Shown: positions 33,971 to 44,468 of the stretch, piece by piece
How the letters are laid out: each line of letters opens with the position of its first letter
How positions within the stretch are numbered: the first letter of the stretch is position 1
Source: an uncultured archaeon
Lineage (GTDB): Archaea > Thermoproteota > Nitrososphaeria > Nitrososphaerales > Nitrosopumilaceae
DNA length: 45,009 nt
Direction of reading: 5' to 3'
NCBI GenBank assembly: GCA_950073955.1
Contig: CATMRH010000001.1
Coordinates: forward strand, 1 to 45,009
Program-made: the position numbers and the translations under genes
Notes under the pieces: model-generated
The model's input: only the letters and a program-made list of their open reading frames with translations
What the model was told of the DNA's origin: nothing
The model's database searches: none

Positions 33971-35734
33971 GTGAATTCAAGCCTAGCAAGTTCTATCTCT
34001 TCTTTGAATTCTGTAGCAATGGGCGACAAAAAAGCCGATCTTGTTTTAAAAAATTGTAATTTGTTATCAGTCTATACCAAAGAAATCATTTCAAAAACTC
34101 AGATTGCAATAATTAATGATAGAATTGCCTATGTTGGTCTGAACGCTGCACATACACTAGGTTCAAAAACTGTAGTTATTGATGTAGAGAACAAATACGT
34201 AAGTCCAGGCTTTGCAGATCCCCATTTACATATTGATCAGTTTGTATTACCATCTGAATTTGCAAAAAAGGCACTTCTTTGTGGTGTAACTTCTCTTTTT
34301 TCTGATCCAATTGATATTGTTAGCATTTTAGGTTACAAAGGTTTTCAAGAATTTCTAAAACTTGGAGAAAATTTACCAATAAGAATTTTCCAAGTAGTTC
34401 CTGGAGGTCTTCCTGTTGACGCAAAATTTAGTAACAGTAAAACTCTCTCATTGTCACAAGAAAAATCTGCAGTAAAACATCCCCATGTTCTTGGTTTGGG
34501 AGAAGTTTTTTCATGGACTAAAGTTACTCAACGTGACCCTAAAACTATGAAGTCACTTTCAACAATGTTGGAGTGTGATTGCATAATTAATGGACATACT
34601 GCAGGTATAAGTGAAAAAAAACTCAACGCTTACGTTTCATCAGGGATACTCTCTTGTCACGAGCCAATTAATTTTGATCAAGTATTAGAAAGATTGCGTC
34701 TTGGAATGTGGGTAATGATTAGAGAAGGTTCTATAAGACGTGATTTGAAGGAAATCATCCCTCATATTTTATCTCACGGAACATACATCAATCGCTTAAT
34801 GTTTTGCTCTGATGGTCTTGATCCACTAGATATTACAAAATTTGGTCACATTGATCATTGCATCAGAGAATCAATCAAACTTGGTCTAAAACCATTAGAT
34901 GCAATTACTATGGCATCCAAGAATAATTTTGACTATTACAATATGGGAAAAGATCTTGGTGGAATTGCACCTGGAAAATTAGCAGACATTCTTATTTTCA
35001 ATGATTTAAAATCATTTAAACCAACTAAAGTCTTTGTGGGAGGAAAACTTGTAGTCTCACATGGAAGTGTTGTGACTCAGTTCAAGAAAAAAGTAATATC
35101 ACCTTGGATGAAAAAAACTGTTAAACTAAAAAAATTCTCAAAAAATGATTTCCTGATTAAATCAAAAAAGAAAAATGTTATTGCAAACACCATCTTTATG
35201 CAAAATGAAATAATTACTAAGATTGGTTCAGCTGAACTCCATTCAAAAGATGGTATTGTTTCTGCCTCATTAGATTATGATATATGGAAAGTTGCAGCAT
35301 TTGATAGAATTCATGGAACAAATCGACATTCCATTGGATTTCTCGAAAACTTTGGAGCTGAAATTGGTGCCTTTGCTTCAACTTGGAGTTTTCATGAAAA
35401 TGATATGATAGTAATAGGTTCAAATGATTCTGATATGGCAATTGCATCTAATCATCTTATCAAGAATCAGGGTGGACTTGTTGTAGTTAAATCTGGAAAA
35501 ATTCTAGCTTCTTTGCCTTTACAATTTGCAGGTATTATTTCAACAGATTCTTTTGAAATGGTCTCATCAAATTTTCAAAAAATTATAAGTACTATTGTGG
35601 ATTTAGGATGTAAATTTACTAGACCTCATCTTATTCCTTTGTTTTTACCATTTTTGGCTTTACCCTCTATTAGAATTCTTTCAGGTGGAATTGTTGATGT
35701 GAAAAAACGAAGTTACATCCAGCCAATCAACTAA
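33971..35734 (+). CDS. ade: Adenine deaminase family protein with divergent active-site motifs
   Basis: PGFADPHLHID, GLGEV, NGHT, CHE, IREGS, GIAPGKLADI, LPLQFAGIIS; two-domain Ade architecture. Confidence 0.85.
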   Translation: MNSSLASSISSLNSVAMGDKKADLVLKNCNLLSVYTKEIISKTQIAIINDRIAYVGLNAAHTLGSKTVVIDVENKYVSPGFADPHLHIDQFVLPSEFAKKALLCGVTSLFSDPIDIVSILGYKGFQEFLKLGENLPIRIFQVVPGGLPVDAKFSNSKTLSLSQEKSAVKHPHVLGLGEVFSWTKVTQRDPKTMKSLSTMLECDCIINGHTAGISEKKLNAYVSSGILSCHEPINFDQVLERLRLGMWVMIREGSIRRDLKEIIPHILSHGTYINRLMFCSDGLDPLDITKFGHIDHCIRESIKLGLKPLDAITMASKNNFDYYNMGKDLGGIAPGKLADILIFNDLKSFKPTKVFVGGKLVVSHGSVVTQFKKKVISPWMKKTVKLKKFSKNDFLIKSKKKNVIANTIFMQNEIITKIGSAELHSKDGIVSASLDYDIWKVAAFDRIHGTNRHSIGFLENFGAEIGAFASTWSFHENDMIVIGSNDSDMAIASNHLIKNQGGLVVVKSGKILASLPLQFAGIISTDSFEMVSSNFQKIISTIVDLGCKFTRPHLIPLFLPFLALPSIRILSGGIVDVKKRSYIQPIN

Positions 35735-35776
35735 GTAATGTTATAAAGGGGGATTTAGGGATGAATTCTGAATCTA

Positions 35777-37399
35777 ATGGCATCAATTCAACAAGGACCT
35801 AATGGACCTGTTCTCGTTCTCAAAGAGAGTGCATTACAGCAAAAAGGTAAAGATGCTCAACAAAACAATATTGCTGCAGCAAAATTAGTTGCAGAGTTAG
35901 TCAGAAGTAGTCTTGGTCCACGAGGTCTTGATAAAATGCTAGTTGATTCTTTAGGTGATGTGACTATCACAAATGATGGTGCTACAATTCTAAAAGAAAT
36001 TGATGTTCAGCACCCAGCAGCCAAAATGATGGTTGAAATCGCTAAAACAGTAGATAATGAAGTAGGTGATGGTACAACTTCTTCTGTTATTTTTGGAGGA
36101 GCATTATTAGCCAAAGCAGAGGATTTGCTCAAAAAAGATGTTCATTCTTCAATCATTGTTGAAGGTTACCAGGCAGCTGCTGATAAAACCCTTGAAATTT
36201 ACTCAGAATTATCTAAAAAAATACAACCTGATGATAAAGAATCTCTTCTCAAAATTGCAATGACTAGTATGCAATCAAAATTAATTTCTGAAGACAGTGG
36301 CACTCTATCAAAAATCGTAGTTGATGCAATTCTTAGCATTGCAATCAAGAAAGGTGATGATTATACTATTGATCTTGACAATCTTAAAGTTGAAAAGAAA
36401 GCAGGTGGTTCAATTCAAGACACAGCAATTGTGAAAGGTATTGTTTTAGATAAAGAAATTGTTCATAGTGGAATGCCTAGAAAAATTGAAAAGGCAAAAA
36501 TTGCATTAATAAATTCCGCATTAGAAATTGAAAAAACTGAAATGAGTGCTGAAATTAGAATTACTGATCCTACTCAAATGCAGATGTTCTTAGAAGAAGA
36601 AAATCGAATGCTAAAGACTATGGTTGACAAGCTACATGATGTTGGTGCTAATGTATTGATTTGTCAAAAAGGAATTGATGATATTTCACAACACTATCTT
36701 GCAAAACATGGCATTATGGCAATTCGTCGTGTCAAAGAAAGTGACATGACTAAACTTTCTAAAGCTACAGGTGGACGTGTAATTAACAATCTAGATGATC
36801 TTTCAGAAAAAGATCTTGGCTTTGCTGATTTGGCTCATGAAAAGAAAGTAGAATCTGACAAATGGGTATTCATTGAAGGATGTAAACACCCACAATCAGT
36901 CACTTTGCTAATTCGTGGTGGTTCTCAAAGAGTAATTGATGAAGTTGATCGTTCAATTCATGACGCTCTAATGGTAGTAAAAGATGTAATTGAAAAGCCT
37001 GAAATTGTTGCAGGTGGAGGTGCACCTGAGTCATTTGCAGCCTCACAACTTAAGGAATGGGCTGATAATTTTGATGGAAGAGAGCAACTTGCAATCAAAA
37101 AATTTGCTGAAGCATTAGAAACAATTCCATTAACTATTGCTGAAAATGCAGGAATGGATCCAATTGATACAATGGCTAATCTCAGAGCAAAACAAAACCA
37201 AGGTCATAAATGGACTGGTATTGATGCCAGAAACACAAAGATTGCTGATATGTTCGCGATTGATGTTGTAGAACCAATTGTAGTTAAAGAACAGATTATC
37301 AAATCTGCAACAGAAGCAGCATGTATGATTCTTAGAATAGATGATGTAATTGCTATTTCTGGAGCTCCAGGTGGCGGCGGTATGCCTCCAATGGGATAA
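35777..37399 (+). CDS. ths: Thermosome (group II chaperonin) subunit
   Basis: [54 protein letters not shown] tail. Confidence 0.98.
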   Translation: MASIQQGPNGPVLVLKESALQQKGKDAQQNNIAAAKLVAELVRSSLGPRGLDKMLVDSLGDVTITNDGATILKEIDVQHPAAKMMVEIAKTVDNEVGDGTTSSVIFGGALLAKAEDLLKKDVHSSIIVEGYQAAADKTLEIYSELSKKIQPDDKESLLKIAMTSMQSKLISEDSGTLSKIVVDAILSIAIKKGDDYTIDLDNLKVEKKAGGSIQDTAIVKGIVLDKEIVHSGMPRKIEKAKIALINSALEIEKTEMSAEIRITDPTQMQMFLEEENRMLKTMVDKLHDVGANVLICQKGIDDISQHYLAKHGIMAIRRVKESDMTKLSKATGGRVINNLDDLSEKDLGFADLAHEKKVESDKWVFIEGCKHPQSVTLLIRGGSQRVIDEVDRSIHDALMVVKDVIEKPEIVAGGGAPESFAASQLKEWADNFDGREQLAIKKFAEALETIPLTIAENAGMDPIDTMANLRAKQNQGHKWTGIDARNTKIADMFAIDVVEPIVVKEQIIKSATEAACMILRIDDVIAISGAPGGGGMPPMG

Positions 37400-37438
37400 T
37401 TTTAGTTAAAACTTAAGCCTTTTAACTTTCATAAATTA

Positions 37439-38308
37439 TTGTTGTACAAAATTGGTGTTGATTTAGGTGGCACTAAAACAGAAGCTGTTCTACTTGATGA
37501 AAATCTAAATGTTTTAGAGAGAAAAAGGATTCCAACGCCACAAAATAATTATAAAGAAATTATTAATGCTATATCATCTCTAGTCTTAGAGCTATCTACA
37601 AATATTTCTGACTTTTCTTTTGGTATTTGTACACCTGGTGCAATTTCTAAACAAACTGGATTAATTAAAAATAGTAATACACAATGCTTGATTGGAAAAT
37701 CACTCAAAGAAGATCTAGAAAATAAACTAGAAAAAAAAATATCTATAGAAAATGATGCGAACTGTTTCGCGATGGCTGAAGCTAAAATGGGTGTTGCTAG
37801 TGGATTTGATGTAGTCTTTGGAGTGATTATGGGCACTGGTGTTGGTGGCGGAATTGTGATTGATGGAAAACTACATCCTGGTAGAACTAACATTGGAGGA
37901 GAATGGGGACATCATACCTTACATCGCAATGGAAATTCTTGTTATTGTGGTAAAACTGGATGCGTAGAGACCTACATTAGTGGTCCTTCATTGGAAAAAC
38001 AATGGACAAAACTAACTGGAAAATCTCAAACTCTTCCTGAAATCCTTTCTAACATTAATAATGAAATTGGTCAAAAATGGAAAGGTGAATTTTTAGAAAA
38101 TTTTGGATATGGCCTTGCTAACGTTATAGACATCTTAGATCCTGATGTAATAGTTTTAGGTGGCGGTTTGTCAAATATTGATTTTTTGTATACTGAAGGA
38201 AAAGAATCAATTTACAGTAAAGTCTTTTCAGATTTAGTTGATACTCCAATCCTGAAAAATAAATTGGGTGATTCTGCAGGAGTATATGGTGCAGCACTTC
38301 TTACTTAG
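37439..38308 (+). CDS. ROK-family sugar kinase (fructokinase/Mak-like)
   Basis: IGVDLGGTK, ENDANCFA, GTGVGGG, GEWGH, CYCG...GCVE, LGGGLSN, GDSAGVYGAA. Confidence 0.93.
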   Translation: MLYKIGVDLGGTKTEAVLLDENLNVLERKRIPTPQNNYKEIINAISSLVLELSTNISDFSFGICTPGAISKQTGLIKNSNTQCLIGKSLKEDLENKLEKKISIENDANCFAMAEAKMGVASGFDVVFGVIMGTGVGGGIVIDGKLHPGRTNIGGEWGHHTLHRNGNSCYCGKTGCVETYISGPSLEKQWTKLTGKSQTLPEILSNINNEIGQKWKGEFLENFGYGLANVIDILDPDVIVLGGGLSNIDFLYTEGKESIYSKVFSDLVDTPILKNKLGDSAGVYGAALLT

Positions 38309-38340
38309 TTATTCAGAATACTCTTACTGTTCAAAAATTA

Positions 38341-38703
38341 TCAAGAGTACTCATTTTTGATTTTTAAAATCTTATCAACAATTTCAATTACATCTGAATC
38401 TAATTCTGCACTAATCAAAATTAATCCTGCTCCTCCAATAGGTACAGTTATTCGATAAATTTTTTCATATTTTGCTAATGCAAAAATAGGCTCTCCAATT
38501 TTTTTTGCTATTTTTTTACGTGTAGACCATCGATAAATTGCTTGAGACAAAGACAATTCAGTTTCTTCTCTTGATAAATGACTCTGTAATCCAGGCCTCA
38601 TCTTGTCATAAAGTTCCCCATAATCGTATACTCCTACATATCTGATTTTTTTGTCACATTCAAGAATTTCATCACAAATTTTTTCGTATTCCAAATTAAT
38701 CAC
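38341..38703 (-). CDS. Hypothetical protein, thaumarchaeal roadblock/longin-like family
   Basis: GTG start overlapping the guaA stop; CDEILECDKKIRYVGV...IGEPIFALAKYEKIYRITVP pattern. Confidence 0.7.
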   Translation of the reverse strand: MINLEYEKICDEILECDKKIRYVGVYDYGELYDKMRPGLQSHLSREETELSLSQAIYRWSTRKKIAKKIGEPIFALAKYEKIYRITVPIGGAGLILISAELDSDVIEIVDKILKIKNEYS

Positions 38704-40226
38704 TACTGTGGCTCAATTGTTGCAGGAGGTTTACTTGAAATGGTATAAGTCACCCATGTAACATCTTCAATTTCATTTGTTATTCTATTACTCATTTTTT
38801 CTAAAAGACCATGTGGAAGTCTTGTCCAATCTGCAGTCATCGCATCTATTGAATCTACGACTCTAATCATAACTATGTTTCCATATCTTCGTTCATCCCC
38901 AACAACACCTACTGCTTTATCATCTCCAACTGCAGCATAAGCTTGCCATACTTTATCATACAAGCCTGCCTTCATTAATTCATCTTCGACAATTTTACTT
39001 GCTACTTTGGCAATCTGTAGTTTTGTTGGAGTAACTTTCCCAATTATCCTTACAGCTAGCCCTGGACCTGGAAATGGGTGTCTCATGAGAAGTTTTTCTG
39101 GAACGTTTAGAATTTTTGCAATCTTTCTTACTTCGTCTTTATACAACTCTCTTAATGGTTCTAAAATTTCCAAATTGAGCCAATCTGGTAATCCTCCTAC
39201 ATTGTGATGAGATTTAATTACAGATGCTGGTCCTTTTGAAACTCCGCTTTCAATTACATCGGGATAAAGTGTGCCTTGAGCTAACCATTTGAAGGGACCA
39301 TTTTTTTCAGAAAATTCAGTGAAAACACGAATAAATTCCTCTCCTACAATCTTTCTCTTTTTCTCAGGATCCTCTACTCCTTTTAGCTTTTCAAGAAATT
39401 CATCAGCTGCATTTACTGATGTAAAATTTAACTTGAAGTTATCTTTGAACATCTCCTCAATTTCTGTTTCTTCGTTTAATCGTAACAAACCATTATTTAC
39501 AAAAATACATGTGAGCTTATCCCCAATTGCTTTGTGAATTAGTAATGCTGCTACAGTAGAATCTATGCCTCCACTGACTCCACAAAGTACATTTCCCTCT
39601 ATTTTTGAAATTTTTTCTACAACTGTATCTATAAAACTCTCCATAGTCCAATCTTGTTTTGCTCCACATATTTTCAAAACAAAATTCTTAAGAATTTCAG
39701 TACCTTGTTCTGTATGCACCACTTCCGGGTGAAATTGAATTCCATAGATTGATTTTTCCTCTGATGCAATTGCAGCAGCTTTTGCACTTTCTGTATGTCC
39801 TATTACTTTAAATCCTGGTGGAATTTCTTCCGCTTCATCACCATGACTCATCCATGCTCTTACTGATTCTCCTACACCACTTAGAAGATCTTTATCATCA
39901 TCAATTGTAAGTAAAGATGAACCATATTCCTTGTTTGCTTTTTTTATTTTACCACCGTATTTGTTTACAATTAATTGATGTCCATAACAAATTCCAAGTA
40001 GGGGTAAATTCATATCAAAAATTTTATTTTCTGGAATTGGAGCATCTGAATTATAAACACTTGATGGACCTCCTGAAAAAATTATTCCCTTTGGATTATG
40101 TTTCTGCAATTCTTCATAACTAATATCATAAGGAACAAGTTCTGCATAAACAGAAAATTCTCTAATTCTTCTACAAATTAAATGACTGTACTGTGACCCA
40201 AAATCTAAAACTACAATTTTATCCAT
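38703..40226 (-). CDS. guaA: GMP synthase (glutamine-hydrolysing), fused GATase and synthetase domains
   Basis: LDFGSQY, GICYGHQ, MSHGD, QFHPEV, SGGIDS, QGTLYPDVIES, KSHHNVGGLP, RHPFPGPGL, KPPATIE. Confidence 0.98.
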   Translation of the reverse strand: MDKIVVLDFGSQYSHLICRRIREFSVYAELVPYDISYEELQKHNPKGIIFSGGPSSVYNSDAPIPENKIFDMNLPLLGICYGHQLIVNKYGGKIKKANKEYGSSLLTIDDDKDLLSGVGESVRAWMSHGDEAEEIPPGFKVIGHTESAKAAAIASEEKSIYGIQFHPEVVHTEQGTEILKNFVLKICGAKQDWTMESFIDTVVEKISKIEGNVLCGVSGGIDSTVAALLIHKAIGDKLTCIFVNNGLLRLNEETEIEEMFKDNFKLNFTSVNAADEFLEKLKGVEDPEKKRKIVGEEFIRVFTEFSEKNGPFKWLAQGTLYPDVIESGVSKGPASVIKSHHNVGGLPDWLNLEILEPLRELYKDEVRKIAKILNVPEKLLMRHPFPGPGLAVRIIGKVTPTKLQIAKVASKIVEDELMKAGLYDKVWQAYAAVGDDKAVGVVGDERRYGNIVMIRVVDSIDAMTADWTRLPHGLLEKMSNRITNEIEDVTWVTYTISSKPPATIEPQ

Positions 40227-40230
40227 ATTA

Positions 40231-40806
40231 TCACTTGTTGATATTTTCAAGCATTCGTGTTAATGACCATCCTGCTGTATTGATTAACTCATTTACTCTT
40301 TCTTTCTGCCTATAGTTTTTGATAATAATTTCCCTTATGTCTGAACCATTTTTGTTTATAATGTAATCAATAATTGATTCTTTCTGGATTTTCCCATTCT
40401 CTGCTTCTGCAATATCCTTCTTTTTCATTTCTCCAATAATTCTATCTAAAAAGAATGATTTGAAAGGTGGAGTATCAACACTAATCTCAATTTCGTCACC
40501 TAAAACTATGGAAACTTGTTCTGGTGTGACATAAGCATTTGCAATTACTTTACCATCACTTACTCTTTTAATTGGAATTGAATTCTCTACAAGTTTTTTT
40601 GTAGTATCTGGTTTGTTTTGAATCTCTGCTTTTTTTGTTGTTCCTAGCTGTGAAGCTTTAGTAAAACTAGAATCCTTTAAGAATAAATCCAAAATTATGA
40701 TATTTTTTTCTAACATTTCTATGGATTCTTGGTGTTTGTCAATTTGCTCGATCAAACTTTCCTTCAAAGTAACAATATCTTTTACTTGTTCCTCTGAGAA
40801 TTTCAT
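40231..40806 (-). CDS. Conserved hypothetical protein with N-terminal coiled coil
   Basis: 191-aa ORF between mptE and guaA; SFTKAS linker, TPPFKSFF, IKNY motifs. Confidence 0.75.
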   Translation of the reverse strand: MKFSEEQVKDIVTLKESLIEQIDKHQESIEMLEKNIIILDLFLKDSSFTKASQLGTTKKAEIQNKPDTTKKLVENSIPIKRVSDGKVIANAYVTPEQVSIVLGDEIEISVDTPPFKSFFLDRIIGEMKKKDIAEAENGKIQKESIIDYIINKNGSDIREIIIKNYRQKERVNELINTAGWSLTRMLENINK

Positions 40807-40841
40807 AATTTGATAAATGAGGGATGGGTATTAAATGCATT

Positions 40842-41579
40842 CTAGGTAATTATAATGTCTACATCTTTGTATGATATTTTTTTAAACCCATTAATTGGCT
40901 TTGATGTAGTAAACAATTCTGATTTTGTAATAGTTGATAGCCATTCTAAAAGCAATTTTCCTTTATTTAATTTCATTAATTTTGTTTTTCTTTCTGATTT
41001 TTTTGTATTTGAAAATTTTCCAATCCGATCCCCAAAATCCATTCCAAATAAAATAATTTTTTTTGCACCATAATGATTGGCTAGAAAAACTCCTCTATCC
41101 CCATCTGTGAATCCACCAAAATTTTGTATTTTACTAAAAGGTTTTGATTGAGTTGTTCCAATACAATTTTTGAATTTTTTTGAAAATTCTAGTTTTTCTA
41201 TATTATCTCCATGTGCATGTACTACAAATATTGATTTTGTTTTTGCAATTTTTTTTAATGCATTTTCATCTCCATCTAAATCAGTTATAATAATATCTGG
41301 AATAATTCCATTCTCTACTAATGATTTAACTGAACTATCTGCAGCAATTTTTACTGATTTTTTAAAATTTTTTAATTTTGGAATGGCAGTTGATAATGAA
41401 GGTCCAGAACCTATTACAAACACGGTTTTTCCTTTAACTAAATTGACAATTTTTTCATTAACATCTGATTTTTTTAAGATTGAATTTAAAAGAATAGCCG
41501 ACTCTTTATCCTTTTTTTCGCTATACTTGAATTCATTCAAAATATCTGAATATCGCTTTCTCCAACCTGACATTATCAT
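40842..41579 (-). CDS. mptE: 6-hydroxymethyl-7,8-dihydropterin pyrophosphokinase, archaeal MptE type
   Basis: GSGPSL, AADS, TDLDG, VHAHGDN, GTTQ, NFGGFTDGDR, GMDFG. Confidence 0.93.
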   Translation of the reverse strand: MIMSGWRKRYSDILNEFKYSEKKDKESAILLNSILKKSDVNEKIVNLVKGKTVFVIGSGPSLSTAIPKLKNFKKSVKIAADSSVKSLVENGIIPDIIITDLDGDENALKKIAKTKSIFVVHAHGDNIEKLEFSKKFKNCIGTTQSKPFSKIQNFGGFTDGDRGVFLANHYGAKKIILFGMDFGDRIGKFSNTKKSERKTKLMKLNKGKLLLEWLSTITKSELFTTSKPINGFKKISYKDVDIIIT

Positions 41580-41613
41580 ATAACTCAAATTGCCTTAGTT
41601 TTTGATAAACCAT

Positions 41614-42465
41614 GTGACTAGAATTGGAAATGTACGAGTAGGTGGAAAAAATCCTGTACGTATAATGGGCATTCTAAACACTAGTCCTGAATCATTTTAT
41701 AAAAAATCTGTCAATATAACCAAAACTCACATAAAAAATGCTGTAATACAGATGGAAGATGAAGGTGTAGATTTTATCGATGTTGGAGGTATGTCTACTG
41801 CACCTTATTTATCTACAACAGTCTCAGAAAAAGTTGAATCAAAAAGAATTCTTAATGCAATAAAAATAATTCAAAATGTCTCCAATCTCCCAATTTCTGT
41901 TGATACATGTAGGGCGAAAGTTGCTAGAGATGCTTTAGAATGTGGTATTGAGATAATCAATGATATTTCTGGATTAAAGTATGATGGAAAAATGCAAGAG
42001 GTTGTTTCAGAATTTGTTCCATCTCTAATTTTATGTGCATATGATTCTAAAACTGTTTTTGGAAATACTATTACTACAACTAAAAAACTTCTTAGAGAAA
42101 GCTTGAAAATTGCAAAAAAATCAAACATTCCGTCAGAAAAAATTGTATTAGATCCTGCTATTGGGTTCTTTGTAAAAACTGGGAAAGGCCAATTTTTCAC
42201 AAAAATTAAATCAGATTGGGTAGAAAGAGATCTATCAATAATCAAAAACTTGAATTCTATAAAGCAGAATCATCCAATTTTAATCTCTGTTTCAAACAAA
42301 TCCTTCCTAGGAAATCTTTTAGGAAAAGAAAATCCTTCTGATCGATTATTTGGCTCAATAGCTGCTGAAGCTATATCTGTCATAAATGGCGCTGACATTA
42401 TTCGCACTCATAATGTTGAGGCTACTAAAGAAGCAATAACAATAGCTTCGAGACTCTCAAGATGA
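41614..42465 (+). CDS. folP: Dihydropteroate synthase
   Basis: IMGILNTSPESF, IDVGGMST, ISVDT, INDISG, LDPAIGF, SNKSF, IIRTHNV. Confidence 0.95.
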   Translation: MTRIGNVRVGGKNPVRIMGILNTSPESFYKKSVNITKTHIKNAVIQMEDEGVDFIDVGGMSTAPYLSTTVSEKVESKRILNAIKIIQNVSNLPISVDTCRAKVARDALECGIEIINDISGLKYDGKMQEVVSEFVPSLILCAYDSKTVFGNTITTTKKLLRESLKIAKKSNIPSEKIVLDPAIGFFVKTGKGQFFTKIKSDWVERDLSIIKNLNSIKQNHPILISVSNKSFLGNLLGKENPSDRLFGSIAAEAISVINGADIIRTHNVEATKEAITIASRLSR

Positions 42466-42510
42466 CACAAAGGCTTATAATCAATATTTTAGTTCATTAA
42501 CAAGGTTTCA

Positions 42511-43941
42511 TTGGAATTCAAAGAAGGATTAACTTTTGATGATGTTCTTCTTGTACCTAAATATTCAGATATTACAAGTAGAAGCCAAACTGATCTGAGT
42601 ACTAAATTATCTCGAAATATCTCAATTAACATTCCTTTTGTAAGTGCAAATATGGATACTGTTACTGAATCCTTAATGGCTATGGCAATGGCTCGTGCTG
42701 GTGGTATAGGAATCATTCACAGGTTTTTACCCATTCAAGAACAAGCCGACGAAGTTCTCAAAGTAAAACGTTCAGGTAGTGTGATGATAGAAAATCCTTA
42801 TTCTATTTCTCCTGACAAGTCTATTCAAAACGCTCTAGACTATGCAGAAAACAAAGATATCTCTGGTCTTTTGGTAGTTGACTCTAATACTAAATTGATA
42901 GGAATAATAACTGAGAGAGACTTACTATTTGCTAATCGAAATGATCACATTCACGATGTAATGACAAAAGATGTTGTAACTGCAAAACCTGGAGTTACAT
43001 TAGATGAAGCAAAAGAAATTTTACATAAACACAGAATTGAAAAATTACCAATAGTTGATGATTCAGGAATTATCAAAGGATTGATTACTAGTAAGGATAT
43101 AACAAACAATGAAGATTATCCAAATGCATCCAAAGACAAGAAAGGACGACCATTAGTTGGAGCAGCAGTTGGTGTAAAAGGTGACTTTTTAGAAAGAAGT
43201 GAATCTCTTTTAGAAGCAGGAGCTGATGTTCTTGTTGTTGATATAGCACATGGTCATAGTGAAAATGCATTAAGCACAGTTCGCAATATCAAAAAAGCAT
43301 TTCCAGACTGTGAATTAATTGCAGGAAATGTAGCAACTGCTCAAGGTACAGAAGATTTGATAAAAGCAGGAGTTGATGCGGTAAAGGTTGGTGTAGGATC
43401 TGGTTCAATTTGTATTACTAGAGTGATTACTGGCTCTGGTGTACCACAATTAACTGCAGTTCTAGATTGTGCAAAAATAGGCAAGGATCATGGCATTCCA
43501 ATAATTTCTGATGGTGGTACAAGAACTTCTGGTGATGCAACAAAGGGATTGGCTGCTGGTGCTTCATCTGTAATGATAGGTAGTATGCTTGGAGGCACTG
43601 ATGAATCACCGGGTACAGTTTTGACTAAGAACGGAAAACGTTTCAAAGTTTATCGCGGAATGGCTTCTCTTGCTGCTTCAATAGGTAGAAAATCTAAACT
43701 AACAGGCTCAATTTCACTTGATGACGATCTTAACGACTATGTTGCAGAAGGAGTTGAAGCTATGGTTCCTTACAAAGGAACTGTAACTGATATACTAAAA
43801 CAACTTACAGGTGGTGTACGTTCTGGCTTGAGCTATTGTGGCGCACATACAATTCTACAAATGCAAAATAATGCAGAGTTTATCAAAATGTCAAGAGCTG
43901 GGTTTGCAGAAAGTCAACCTCACGATGTTTCTGTGATGTAG
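42511..43941 (+). CDS. guaB: IMP dehydrogenase with CBS pair
   Basis: [52 protein letters not shown]. Confidence 0.98.
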   Translation: MEFKEGLTFDDVLLVPKYSDITSRSQTDLSTKLSRNISINIPFVSANMDTVTESLMAMAMARAGGIGIIHRFLPIQEQADEVLKVKRSGSVMIENPYSISPDKSIQNALDYAENKDISGLLVVDSNTKLIGIITERDLLFANRNDHIHDVMTKDVVTAKPGVTLDEAKEILHKHRIEKLPIVDDSGIIKGLITSKDITNNEDYPNASKDKKGRPLVGAAVGVKGDFLERSESLLEAGADVLVVDIAHGHSENALSTVRNIKKAFPDCELIAGNVATAQGTEDLIKAGVDAVKVGVGSGSICITRVITGSGVPQLTAVLDCAKIGKDHGIPIISDGGTRTSGDATKGLAAGASSVMIGSMLGGTDESPGTVLTKNGKRFKVYRGMASLAASIGRKSKLTGSISLDDDLNDYVAEGVEAMVPYKGTVTDILKQLTGGVRSGLSYCGAHTILQMQNNAEFIKMSRAGFAESQPHDVSVM

Positions 43942-43976
43942 TTAATTTTTTAAACAGTATGTAAAATCATTGAATC

Positions 43977-44468
43977 ATGTTATCAAAAAGAACTATCATT
44001 GGACTAATAGGTGGAATTGCAATTATCACAATTGGTGGCGCTTCTTTAATTCAACATCTTGGACTACACACTGATGATGATTTTTACGATGTTATAGAAG
44101 TTGGTGCTGTAGGACTCTATAGAATCCCAGCTCCTGATCACACACTACAAATTATGAATATTACTGGCGATGCTTTTGATCTTAAATTTGAAAGTCCAGC
44201 TAATGGATTACAAATTCCATCTATTGATTCAGAAAAAACAAAAGAATCCTTCAAAAATGAATTGTTCTTAGAATGGACTCATTTAGAAGATGGTGAAACA
44301 AAAATCCAGATCCAAAATACCGGTAACACAGAATTAGAAATTACCGGAGTTATAACTACAAGCTATAAACCAGAGATTTTTACTCTTGATTTAATGGTAA
44401 TGATTACTGGAATACTGGTCATCGGATTTAGTATGGGCTTTACCTTAAGAAAACCTAAAGGCTTTTAG
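43977..44468 (+). CDS. Hypothetical membrane protein with N- and C-terminal transmembrane helices
   Basis: Hydrophobic IIGLIGGIAIITIGG and LMVMITGILVIGF flanking a beta-rich domain. Confidence 0.75.
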   Translation: MLSKRTIIGLIGGIAIITIGGASLIQHLGLHTDDDFYDVIEVGAVGLYRIPAPDHTLQIMNITGDAFDLKFESPANGLQIPSIDSEKTKESFKNELFLEWTHLEDGETKIQIQNTGNTELEITGVITTSYKPEIFTLDLMVMITGILVIGFSMGFTLRKPKGF

